A stretch of DNA of 64,000 nt. Origin: an uncultured Acidobacteriota bacterium. Its GTDB lineage: Bacteria; Acidobacteriota; Terriglobia; Acidiferrales; UBA7541. A program made the translations under genes and the position numbers. The notes beneath the pieces were generated by a model that saw nothing but the letters and a program-made list of their open reading frames with translations, was not told the origin of the DNA and did no database searches. The stretch lies in contig CAVWOD010000006.1 in NCBI GenBank assembly GCA_963756355.1, positions 26,933 to 90,932 of the forward strand. Reading direction: 5' to 3'. Numbering within the stretch: the first letter of the stretch is position 1; every line of letters starts with the position of its first letter. Below are positions 1-8,224 of the stretch, piece by piece.

Positions 1-477
1 AGATTGAGGCCAGCTAGCGCGGACGATTCAAAGACAGTGAGGCGCTCTCCTTTTCAAAGGGGCTGTTTAGGCTCCCTTATTGTTTAACTTGACCCGGTGC
101 AATGCGCAAGCGATCCGCCTTGCGGGTGTGTTCAAATCTCTAACAGAGAGTTCAAAATCAGCGGTTTGGCCGCCAGCAGCACAGCGTTTCCTGGACGTAT
201 TGGACTGTTCCGTGCCGCTGCGCAAGGAAGCCATGTAAAACTCCATCCCGCTGCTGCAAAAGTGGTCACATCACCACGCGAAAGGGCCGTTGCAACTGCA
301 GGAATCAGTTATCTTAGGAAGTGCAGGACCTAAAGCACCGTGACCGCGATGCTTGCCGTTCGCTGCCCGGCTTCAACTGGTTCTCTGCATGCGCCCTGCG
401 AAGCTCTAGACGTATTCGAGAGTGGCTGGTTTACTTTGGATCGGAACTAAAGGACGTAAGATACACGGAGCAACTCC

Positions 478-1710
478 ATGCCTGAGGCCGCGTCGATGAC
501 AGAGGTGTCCCAGCCGGCCGATGCGCCGGATCGCGGGTTCGAGGCCGGCAGATCGCCGCGCAAAGCGGGTCAATTGCCGCATGTGCTGTTCCTGATTGAC
601 CGCTACGTGGGGCGCAATGGCGGCGCGGAAATGGCGCTGCATCACATTATCCGCCAGCTATATCCCGATCGCTTTCGATGCACCCTGGGAGTGTTTGGCG
701 TTTATCCGGGAGTGAGGCTTTCCGACCACTTCGATTGCCCCGCTTACGATTTTCCGCTGCGCAGCACGCACGATTGGAATGCTCTGAGGACTGCCGCGCA
801 ACTTTCGCGGATTATTCGCCGCGAACACGTGGATATCACCCACACGTTTTTCGAGACTTCGGATATCTGGGGCGGCACGGTCGCGAAATTGAGCGGCTGT
901 CCTTTCCTGATTTCCAGCCGGCGAGACATGGGCATCCAGCGGGGACGAAAACACGATATTGGATACCGGGTGCTGCGGCCGTTCACGGATTTGGTGTTGC
1001 CGGTCTCGGGCCAGGTGCGGGATTTTTGCATCGAGCGGGACGGGTTGGATGCGCGGAAAGTGGTGACGCTGTATAACGGAGTGGATTTGAGGCGGCTGGA
1101 TCAAGAGGGGGCCAGCGAAGAGTTGCGCGCGCGGCTGGGATTGCGGGATGCGTCGCACTTGATTTCGACGGTTGGAAATCTTCGTCCCATCAAAGGGACG
1201 GATGTGATGATTCGGGCCATGGCGATTGTGCGCCGGAGATTTCCGAGGGCGGTGTACGTGATTGCCGGACTTCCCCACGATCATGGGTATGCGGACCAAT
1301 TGAAAGAACTTTGCACGGAAGTGAGCGCCGCTGAAAATGTGTGCTTTGCGGGCAATCAGGATCATATCGGGCGATTCCTGAAAATGACCCAGGTTTTCTG
1401 TCTGCCGTCGCGCAGCGAGGGATTTTCCAATGCGTTGATCGAAGCGATGGCTTGCAGTCTTCCGTGCGTGGCGACTCGCGTGGGCGGTAACGGCGAAGCA
1501 TTGGAAGAAGGGGTGAGCGGCTATCTGGTGGAAAGCGAAGATGTGGAGGCGATGGCTTCACGGATTTCGGATTTACTGGAAAATCCTGAGCGTGCGCGGA
1601 AAATGGGCGCCGCTGCGCGGCGGGCCGTTGAACAGAGATTTACTGTCGAAGCCATGGCGGGGCGCCTGGCGGAATTGTATGAGAAATTGCTGCAGGAGAA
1701 GGGCAGGTAG
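478..1710 (+). CDS. Glycosyltransferase family 4 (GT-B fold)
   Basis: 410-aa ORF with C-terminal GT4 signature SRSEGFSNALIEAMACSLPCVATRVGGNGEALEEGVSGYLVE. The TAG stop (1708-1710) lies inside the left arm of the palindromic element starting at 1707. Confidence 0.85.
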   Translation: MPEAASMTEVSQPADAPDRGFEAGRSPRKAGQLPHVLFLIDRYVGRNGGAEMALHHIIRQLYPDRFRCTLGVFGVYPGVRLSDHFDCPAYDFPLRSTHDWNALRTAAQLSRIIRREHVDITHTFFETSDIWGGTVAKLSGCPFLISSRRDMGIQRGRKHDIGYRVLRPFTDLVLPVSGQVRDFCIERDGLDARKVVTLYNGVDLRRLDQEGASEELRARLGLRDASHLISTVGNLRPIKGTDVMIRAMAIVRRRFPRAVYVIAGLPHDHGYADQLKELCTEVSAAENVCFAGNQDHIGRFLKMTQVFCLPSRSEGFSNALIEAMACSLPCVATRVGGNGEALEEGVSGYLVESEDVEAMASRISDLLENPERARKMGAAARRAVEQRFTVEAMAGRLAELYEKLLQEKGR

Positions 1711-1793
1711 CGCAGCCACTCCTGGCTGCGTGCTTTTTCTTCAATTCCTTCGAATTAAGCACAAACCCACGTAGCCAGGAGTGGCTGCGCTAC
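1707..1793. repeat. Palindromic REP/MITE-like element, copy 1 (87 nt)
   Basis: Left arm GTAGCGCAGCCACTCCTGGCTGCGTG and right arm CACGTAGCCAGGAGTGGCTGCGCTAC pair at 25 of 26 positions around a ~35-nt loop. A near-identical copy lies at 2304-2390. Confidence 0.85.
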
Positions 1794-1838
1794 CCTCCCG
1801 CCATTGCTTTTCGATGATTCCCACCGTATCGTGCAGGC

Positions 1839-2297
1839 ATGACGCTCAATCGAATTGCAATTTGTGTGTTGCTTTTCGCGATCGCCTCGCCGCTTTTCGC
1901 CAGTAACTCGCCGAAGCAATTGGAGCAGGTGGCGGAACGCGCGGTTGCCGCGCGGGAAAAGATGATGCAGCAGGACGCTACCGCGGCCGATGTGGACGCG
2001 TTTCTGGCGTTCTGCACAGACAGTTTGATTTACGAAGATCCAGTTGTGAAGATGAAAATCGAAGGCAAGGAGCAGATTCGCAAAGGCATGCTTAGCTTCT
2101 TGGGAGTTTCACGGAATGTGCGGAGCGTGGTGACCAAGCGGATCGCGGCGGCGAATGTGGTGGTTCTTGAGCAAACTGTTTCCTTCGAGGCGAAACAACC
2201 GGATGATCGCTGGAAGCCACAGAGCCGCCAGCAGGTGACAATTTTCGAGTTTGAAGGGTTACAGATCCGGCGAATTGCGGATTATTGGGCGCGTTAG
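1839..2297 (+). CDS. SnoaL-like / NTF2-fold protein with N-terminal signal peptide
   Basis: 152-aa ORF with hydrophobic N-terminus MTLNRIAICVLLFAIASPLFA. The fold assignment rests on size and the C-terminal pattern ...VTIFEFEGLQIRRIADYW typical of the SnoaL/NTF2 family. Confidence 0.55.
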   Translation: MTLNRIAICVLLFAIASPLFASNSPKQLEQVAERAVAAREKMMQQDATAADVDAFLAFCTDSLIYEDPVVKMKIEGKEQIRKGMLSFLGVSRNVRSVVTKRIAAANVVVLEQTVSFEAKQPDDRWKPQSRQQVTIFEFEGLQIRRIADYWAR

Positions 2298-2303
2298 GCA
2301 TTT

Positions 2304-2390
2304 GTAGCGCAGCCACTCCTGGCTGCGTGCTTTTTCTTAGACCCTGGGCTCTTGAACGCAAACCCACACAGCCAGGAGTGGCTGTGCTAC
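2304..2390. repeat. Palindromic REP/MITE-like element, copy 2 (87 nt)
   Basis: Same terminal inverted repeats as copy 1 (GTAGCGCAGCCACTCCTGGCTGCGTG ... CACACAGCCAGGAGTGGCTGTGCTAC). It starts 7 nt after the stop of the SnoaL-like gene. Confidence 0.85.
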
Positions 2391-2406
2391 CCACGATCCG
2401 CTGTTA

Positions 2407-2435
2407 TTGACAGGGTTCCTGCCGCACCGTACTCT
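2407..2435 (+). promoter_or_regulatory. Candidate sigma70-type promoter for the xdhC/mocA-like pair
   Basis: TTGACA (2407-2412), a 17-nt spacer, then TACTCT (2430-2435), about 70 nt upstream of the ATG at 2508. Confidence 0.3.
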
Positions 2436-2507
2436 CGAAAGTGTGCTGGCGGCGGACCAATTTACGTCGCGTAGCGATTGTCGCGCTGGCGCCGGCTAAA
2501 GGAAGCG

Positions 2508-3339
2508 ATGGACCTGTTCGAAGAGATCGTGCGGATGCGGCGGGCCGGGCAGCGCGGCGCGCTGGCTACGATTGTCCACACCAACGGCTCGATTCCCAGC
2601 TATGAAAGTTCGCGGATGCTGGTGCGCGAAGATGGCTCGATTGCGGGGACCATCGGCGGCGGATGCGTGGAAGCAGAGGTATGGGCGGCGGCCAAGGAAG
2701 TGATTCGCGCGGAGCAGCCTCGCAAAATGACGTTTAATTTGAACAACGAAGCGGCGTACGATGCGGGATTGATCTGCGGAGGCACCCTGGAGATTTTCGT
2801 CGAGCCGATTCTGCCGCAGCCGAAGCTGTATCATTTTCGGCGGCGGCCACGTTTCCTCCGCGGTGGCGCGCGCGGCCAACTCGGCGGGATTCACGATCGG
2901 AGTGGTGGATGACCGGGATGCCTTCGCGAATGCCGAGCGCTTCCCGATGGCCGCGCGAGATATACACCGTCTACGAGGAAGCATATGACAAGATTCAGCC
3001 GAACTGCGTCGACTACATCTGATCGTCACGCGGGGACATAAGGACGACATGCGCGTGCTGGCATGGGCGGTGCGACCGAGGCGCGCTACATCGGGATGAT
3101 CGGCAGCAAGCGCAAAGTGATTTCCGTTTATAAGGCGCTGGAAAAGGAAGGCACCGCCGATGGAGAAATTTGAACGCGTGCACGCCCCCGTGGGGCTTGA
3201 AATCGGCGCGCTCACTCCCGAGGAAATTGCCGTCAGCATCACCGCTGAGTTGATTGCCGTGCGGCGCAATGCCGAAACGGCGGTGACCAGCAAGGCCCTG
3301 AAGCTCGACCAAATTCCCAGCCACACTTCCGACGATTAG
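2508..3339 (+). pseudogene. xdhC: XdhC/CoxI-family molybdenum-hydroxylase accessory protein, interrupted by about 5 frameshifts
   Basis: The N-terminus MDLFEEIVRMRRAGQRGALATIVHTNGSIPSYESSRMLVREDGSIAGTIGGGCVEAEV is typical of XdhC. The rest is recoverable only by frame-hopping near 2830, 2957, 3020, 3076 and 3165: IFGGGHVSSAVARAA.., IYTVYEEAYDKIQP.., IVTRGHKDDMRVLAWA.., ARYIGMIGSKRKVISVY.., FERVHAPVGLEIGALTPEEIAVSITAELIAV. Confidence 0.8.
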
Positions 3340-3342
3340 GGC

Positions 3343-4047
3343 ATGCTTGCCGCCGTCATTCTGGCTGCCGGCAAATCGCGCAGGATGGGCGAGCCGAAAG
3401 CGCTGGTTGATTTTCACGGGCGCACATTTTTGCAGCGCTTGCTGGAAGCGACCAGGCATCCGCGCGTGGGCGTGACACGCGTGGTGCTGGGCGCGCGTGC
3501 CGAAGAAATTCGCGCGGCGCTGAAACTCGATCCTGCTATTGTTGTAGAAAATTCCGATTGGCGGCAGGGGCAGCTTTCTTCGATCCAAGCAGCGATTCGC
3601 AGCTTGCAACCGGGTAGCACAGCCACTCCTGGCTGTGTGCCTGGATTGTCACAAAGCAAAATCTCACAGGCAGGAGTGCCTGTGCTACCAAGAGCGGACG
3701 CCACTCGCATCCTGGCTTCGGAGCCAACCGAGGGAATGCTGCTCTGCCCCGTGGACCATCCGCTGATTCCGGCGAGCGTGGTGGCAGAGCTGATCGAGCG
3801 ATTCGATTCCAGCAGTGCGCCCATTGTGCTGCCCACATTTCGCGGACGGCGGGGGCATCCCGTATTGTTTCGCAGCGATTTGTATGGCGAGTTGCTCTCC
3901 GCGCCGCCCGATGTAGGCGCGCGAGCAGTCGTTTGGGCGCACTCGGCGGAGGTGCTGGAAGTGCCGGTGGAGGATGAGGCTGTCGTTTTGAATTTAAATG
4001 ATCCAGAGGCTTTGCGATTGGCGCGGGAGCGCGAAGACCTTACTTGA
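3343..4047 (+). CDS. MobA/MocA-like nucleotidyltransferase (molybdenum cofactor cytidylyl/guanylyl-transferase family) carrying an in-frame 25-codon palindromic-element insertion
   Basis: N-terminal LAAVILAAGKSRRMGEPKAL and downstream GMLLCPVDHPLI, RGRRGHPVLF motifs. Element copy 3 (3614-3688) encodes GSTATPGCVPGLSQSKISQAGVPVL in frame. Confidence 0.75.
   Translation: MLAAVILAAGKSRRMGEPKALVDFHGRTFLQRLLEATRHPRVGVTRVVLGARAEEIRAALKLDPAIVVENSDWRQGQLSSIQAAIRSLQPGSTATPGCVPGLSQSKISQAGVPVLPRADATRILASEPTEGMLLCPVDHPLIPASVVAELIERFDSSSAPIVLPTFRGRRGHPVLFRSDLYGELLSAPPDVGARAVVWAHSAEVLEVPVEDEAVVLNLNDPEALRLAREREDLT
3614..3688. repeat. Palindromic REP/MITE-like element, copy 3 (75 nt, more diverged), inside a CDS
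   Basis: GTAGCACAGCCACTCCTGGCTGTGTG ... CACAGGCAGGAGTGCCTGTGCTAC. Its length is divisible by 3 and it is read through in frame. Confidence 0.8.
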
Positions 4048-4405
4048 TCGTTTTCAGCAGCGCATCGAGCGCGTCGCAGGCGAGCTGCGCGCCGTGTGCG
4101 GTGGCGGGCGGAAGGCCGCCCATGATATCGGATAGTTGAGCTGGAGTGATGCGCCGCGCTTCTTCGATGGTCTTGCCGTGCAGAATTTCCGTGAGCAGCG
4201 AACCGCAGGCAATCGCCGTAACACATCCCTGAGTTTTGAAGCGCGCCTCGACGATTCGGCCTGCTTCCACGCGCGCGCCCAGCCGCAGAATATCCCCGCA
4301 AACGGGATTTGAAACTTCCACTACCGCCGTAGCTTCAGGTAAATCCCCGGCGTTGCGCGGATTCTTGAAATGATCGAGAACTTTTTCACTGTAGAGGCTG
4401 TGCAC
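4040..4405 (-). CDS. IscU/NifU-N-like Fe-S cluster assembly scaffold
   Basis: 121 aa with SNPVCGDILRL, FKTQGCVTAIACGS and the C-terminal HGAQLACDAL motif. These are the three conserved Cys of U-type scaffolds. Confidence 0.85.
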   Translation of the reverse strand: MHSLYSEKVLDHFKNPRNAGDLPEATAVVEVSNPVCGDILRLGARVEAGRIVEARFKTQGCVTAIACGSLLTEILHGKTIEEARRITPAQLSDIMGGLPPATAHGAQLACDALDALLKTIK

Positions 4406-4813
4406 ACGCGCAGTATCGCAGAGGCGTGCGCGGCATTCAACGCCCTCCGTTTAATCGCGGTTCGCGCGGGATCCCTCAATCCGTTCGGGATGACTGCATC
4501 AGCCATAGCCAGGAAGAAGCGCGGGGTGGTGAAGAAGCACGGCCTACAGGTAGCGCTGTTGTACCGGACGTAGTTCGGAGCTTGGCAAGGGTTGCGCGTG
4601 AGGACGAGGGGGCGGCTGAAGCCGGCCCCTACATTGGGATTGGGGCGGGCGCGAGGCGCTGGCCGGTGCTGGCTCGGCGCGGTCAGCCTGGAACATCGCG
4701 GGCGGCGTTTCGGCTGCGGGCGGCAAATCAAAAAACGAGCTTCCGCCGGAATCAGCGCGATTGGCGCCGATGCCAGCGGAAACTCGTGGGGTCGTTCTAC
4801 AAACTTCGCAGTG

Positions 4814-5158
4814 TTAGCGGCCGGCAGCTTTGGCGGAAACGATGGATTTATATCCGCAGCTTCCGGCTTTCTTCAACGCTTCGATCGATTCCGCGGCGGT
4901 CATCAGCGGAGTGGTTTTCACGGATTTGCACGCCCCGCCTCCGGCGAAGGCAATGGCGATCGCAGCGGCGGAAACGTTGTCGGGCATCTCAAGAATTCCC
5001 ACCACGTCGTGGTCACCGAATGCGAAATAAAACGTTTCCATTTTTCCGCCGAGCTTTTCGATCGGTTTTCTCACGATGTCGATGCGGTCCTGCGGATTCT
5101 TCATCAACGCTTCCCAGGCTTGCGCGGTATACGAAATTTCAGCCAGGTAATGCGGCAT
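4814..5158 (-). CDS. GYD domain protein
   Basis: MPHYLAEISYTAQAWEALMKNPQDR...ETFYFAFGDHDVVGILEMPDN matches the GYD family pattern. The start is placed at the internal ATG at 5158 rather than the ORF-track start at 5227. Confidence 0.8.
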   Translation of the reverse strand: MPHYLAEISYTAQAWEALMKNPQDRIDIVRKPIEKLGGKMETFYFAFGDHDVVGILEMPDNVSAAAIAIAFAGGGACKSVKTTPLMTAAESIEALKKAGSCGYKSIVSAKAAGR

Positions 5159-5394
5159 GGGGACCTCCAGTCCTCCAAATATTGGAACCTGTGCGCGGAT
5201 ACTGGCAAAGCGGGACGGCAAAGTCAAGGCAGGTGCCAGATCGCTCCGATCGCCGCGAACCCGGCGGCTCGGCGGCGTTGGTTATGGGAGGGAGCGAGCC
5301 AGACAGGCCAATACGGATGGCCCGATCGAGAGGACGCCGCAGCGTGGCTTCTTGCCGGCTGGATGTTGGCGTGGTAATTCTTTTCGCATAACTT

Positions 5395-6339
5395 GTGATG
5401 CACGCGCACACACACCGGCCGGCGTGGAAAACCTTGCTGGCGTTCGCGATTATTTATTTTGTGTGGGGATCGACGTTTCTTGCGATTCGCGTCGGTGTGG
5501 CCGAAGTTCCGCCGTTTCTTTTGGCGGGGATTCGTTTTCTGGTTGCCGGGATCGTGCTATTCGGATGGACGGTAGCACGGGGCGAGCGGAGGCCCAGCAG
5601 GAGCGAGTGGGCGTCGGTATCGCTGCTGGCCGTGCTGATTTTTGTGATCGATTACGGATTGCTGTTCTGGGCTGAGCAGCGCGTGCCATCGGGAATCGCC
5701 GCGGTGATGATGGCTACCATCCCGGTATTTATGGCGCTGTCTGAAATTATTTTTCTGCGAACGCAGAAGCTGACGTTGCGACTGGGCCTGGCGCTATTGA
5801 TCGGGCTGGGCGGAGTGGCCGTGCTGGTGATCCGCTCGCTGGACTTGGGCGGCGCGCCAATCGACCGGATGGGGGCGATGGCGTTGCTCATCGCGTCAAT
5901 CAGTTGGTCGGTAGCGTCGGCATTCGCGCGCAAATTGCCGCTGCCACATTCCAAGGTGATGAGCTCGGGAGCGCAGATGCTAGCCGGCGGAGTGTTTCTC
6001 TCCGTCACCGCGGCCGCGCTGGGCGAATTCCGTAATTTCCATCCGTCGGCCGTTTCGCGCGGCGCGTGGCTTGCGTTGCTTTATCTGATTGTGGCCGGCT
6101 CGATTATCGCGTTCACCGCCTACGTCTGGCTGATCCATCACGAATCGCCCACAAAAGTCGGCACCTACGCCTACGTGAATCCAGTGGTGGCCGTGCTGCT
6201 GGGATATTTGCTGGGCGGCGAAGCACTGGGACCGCGAACAATTCTGGGCACCCTGTTCGTTCTAATCAGTGTGGTGGTGATCACCACAACCAGAACGAAA
6301 AAAGCCGCAATCGCAGCCCCAGTCGAAGACATGGGCTGA
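5395..6339 (+). CDS. EamA/DMT-family transporter
   Basis: 314 aa, about 10 hydrophobic segments and a duplicated EamA-like pattern (FAIIYFVWGSTFLAIR...; ...LYLIVAGSIIAFTAYVWLI). Confidence 0.85.
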   Translation: MMHAHTHRPAWKTLLAFAIIYFVWGSTFLAIRVGVAEVPPFLLAGIRFLVAGIVLFGWTVARGERRPSRSEWASVSLLAVLIFVIDYGLLFWAEQRVPSGIAAVMMATIPVFMALSEIIFLRTQKLTLRLGLALLIGLGGVAVLVIRSLDLGGAPIDRMGAMALLIASISWSVASAFARKLPLPHSKVMSSGAQMLAGGVFLSVTAAALGEFRNFHPSAVSRGAWLALLYLIVAGSIIAFTAYVWLIHHESPTKVGTYAYVNPVVAVLLGYLLGGEALGPRTILGTLFVLISVVVITTTRTKKAAIAAPVEDMG

Positions 6340-6552
6340 CAAGCGTTTGTCGAATCCGTGGACATCCTGCTAGCACGTGTCCGGGTACCGCGTTAACCGT
6401 CCAAGTGCCGAGACTGTTTTCTTGGATTACTCCCTCGAACGAGGTTTCGGGATAACTTCCGTGTAGGCGACAATCCGTCCAGTATCCGGGTGCGACACTT
6501 CAACGAGTAGCGCGTTACGCGTTCTAGTGACCAGGGAAGGTCTATGCTGGCA

Positions 6553-7665
6553 TCACACGACCGCGACCTTGACGTTGTGAATCGGGGGCAGCGAATCGAA
6601 CAGGCAGTCCCACTGCTCACCGCCCTCCCTCCCGATCCACAGCTGACCGGTCGTCGTGCCGAAGTAGAGTGCGGGTGCCTTGAGCCGGTCGATGTCCATC
6701 GCGTCGCGCAGGACGGTGAAGTAGCTCTGCTTCTTCGGCAGCCCACGCGCGAGCCGGCTCCACGACTCGCCGCCATTTTCGCTGCGCCACACCGCTGGCG
6801 CGCCGCCCGGACAGGAGCGCGTCGCCGGCTCAAGGGGCATGACGTATACCGTGTCGGCGTCGTGCGGGTGGACCACGATGGGAAATCCGAAGTCCGACGG
6901 CAATCCCTTGGCGATCGATCGCCACGAGTGGCCGTAGTCGTCGCTGCGCAGCACGCCGATGTCCGGCCGCGGCCCGCCAGGCCCGGTCCAATCTGCCCAT
7001 CCGCCGTGGTTCTGCATGTAGAGCCGGCCGGGCGCGTCGTCGTGCCGCGCGATCTTGTGCACGCACTGACCGAACTCGGGATAGGGATCGGGCGCGAAGC
7101 CGGCGCCGACGCCTTGATTGGACGCCCTGAATGTTTCGCCACCGTCCTCGCTCAGATAGTGGCCGCCGGTCGAGATGCCGAGGTGCACGCGATTCCCGTC
7201 GCGAATGATCGTGTGCATGCAGAGCCCGCCGTTGCCGGGTTGCCACTTGCGCGCGTGATCGTGGTTGCTGATGCCGGGCACCAGGTCCCACGAATCGCCG
7301 CCGTCATGGCTCCTGAACAAGGACGCCGGCTCCACGCCGCACCATAGGTCCTTCTTGCCGCCGCCGGCCTCGAGTGCCCAGATGTTGGCGAGCGCGCGTC
7401 CGTCCTCCTTGGGGAACGCCGGCGCCGACTTCGTCTCCTTGAAGCTCTTCCCCATGTCCGTCGAACGCAACACTTTCATGCCGAAGAACGGATTGCAGCT
7501 CGAGGCATACAGGCGCGGTGTGCCGCGCGTGTCGATCAGCGTCGAGTACACAGGGACGCCGGGACCGAAGGGCCCGCGCAGCGCGAAGCTGCGCCTCGGC
7601 TTCGCGGCATCGGCGACGAACACGCCCTTCTTGGTGCCGATGGTGAGAATGATTCGATCCGCCAT
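6553..7665 (-). CDS. BNR/Asp-box repeat beta-propeller protein (sialidase-like fold, function unknown)
   Basis: Repeated S/T-x-D-x-G-x-S/T-W/F motifs (STDMGKSF, SHDGGDSW, SEDGGETF, SDDYGHSW, SENGGESW). Start chosen at ATG 7665, preceded by GGAGG 6 nt upstream. The ORF-track start at 7671 is TTG. Confidence 0.75.
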   Translation of the reverse strand: MADRIILTIGTKKGVFVADAAKPRRSFALRGPFGPGVPVYSTLIDTRGTPRLYASSCNPFFGMKVLRSTDMGKSFKETKSAPAFPKEDGRALANIWALEAGGGKKDLWCGVEPASLFRSHDGGDSWDLVPGISNHDHARKWQPGNGGLCMHTIIRDGNRVHLGISTGGHYLSEDGGETFRASNQGVGAGFAPDPYPEFGQCVHKIARHDDAPGRLYMQNHGGWADWTGPGGPRPDIGVLRSDDYGHSWRSIAKGLPSDFGFPIVVHPHDADTVYVMPLEPATRSCPGGAPAVWRSENGGESWSRLARGLPKKQSYFTVLRDAMDIDRLKAPALYFGTTTGQLWIGREGGEQWDCLFDSLPPIHNVKVAVV

Positions 7666-7667
7666 CT

Positions 7668-7940
7668 TCAACCTCCTGAGACCGCCGGCAGGATCGTTAC
7701 CACGTCCCCCGGCGTCAGCGTCGTGTCGACCCCGTCGAGGTCGCGCACATTGTCCGAGTTCACGAACACGTTCAGGTGCCGGCGCACCGTACCCGTTTCG
7801 TCACAGACATTGCGATACAAAGCGGACTGGCTCCGCTGGAGGTCCTCAAGTGCGGCGCGCACGGTGTGCGCCGAGATCGAGAGTTGCGCTGCGCCCGCAC
7901 AGTACGTGCGCAGCGGGCCCGGGACATGGATCGTGATGGT
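7668..7940 (-). CDS. MoaD/ThiS-family small sulfur-carrier/ubiquitin-like protein (5' end uncertain)
   Basis: C-terminal ...GDVVTILPAVSGG followed by the stop. The frame stays open upstream through ITIHVPGPLRTYCAGAAQLSISAHTV with no ATG. The ORF-track start at 7862 is an internal GTG. Confidence 0.6.
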   Translation of the reverse strand, partial: TITIHVPGPLRTYCAGAAQLSISAHTVRAALEDLQRSQSALYRNVCDETGTVRRHLNVFVNSDNVRDLDGVDTTLTPGDVVTILPAVSGG

Positions 7941-8224
7941 CGGCGATTGGGCCCATAGTGTGAGACGAAGCTTATCATTGGCGGTTGGGATGATGCAACC
8001 AACGCGATTGCAGACTGGGATCTGGCTCTGCTACCGGTGTCCCGTAGAAATGAAGCAAGTCGCCATCCGCTGGCGGTTAAGTCCTGAGTTAGGCTAGTGC
8101 TTTATCTGAGGCGCGCTTTCACCACAAAGTGTGGGAAAGGGCGGTGCTCCGGCGCGCGTTCGATAAAGCACAAGCGTTTATGAGGAACCTGTTGGCGCCC
8201 GGCACGATCGCGTGAGTAAAGGGC

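Noticed and set aside
97-333. 78-aa ORF and a tRNA-like T-arm fragment (GGTGTGTTCAAATCTC) in the first 480 bp
   Set aside because: No family motifs, no cloverleaf can be folded around the T-arm-like string, and there is no RBS. It is treated as non-coding upstream sequence of the GT4 gene.
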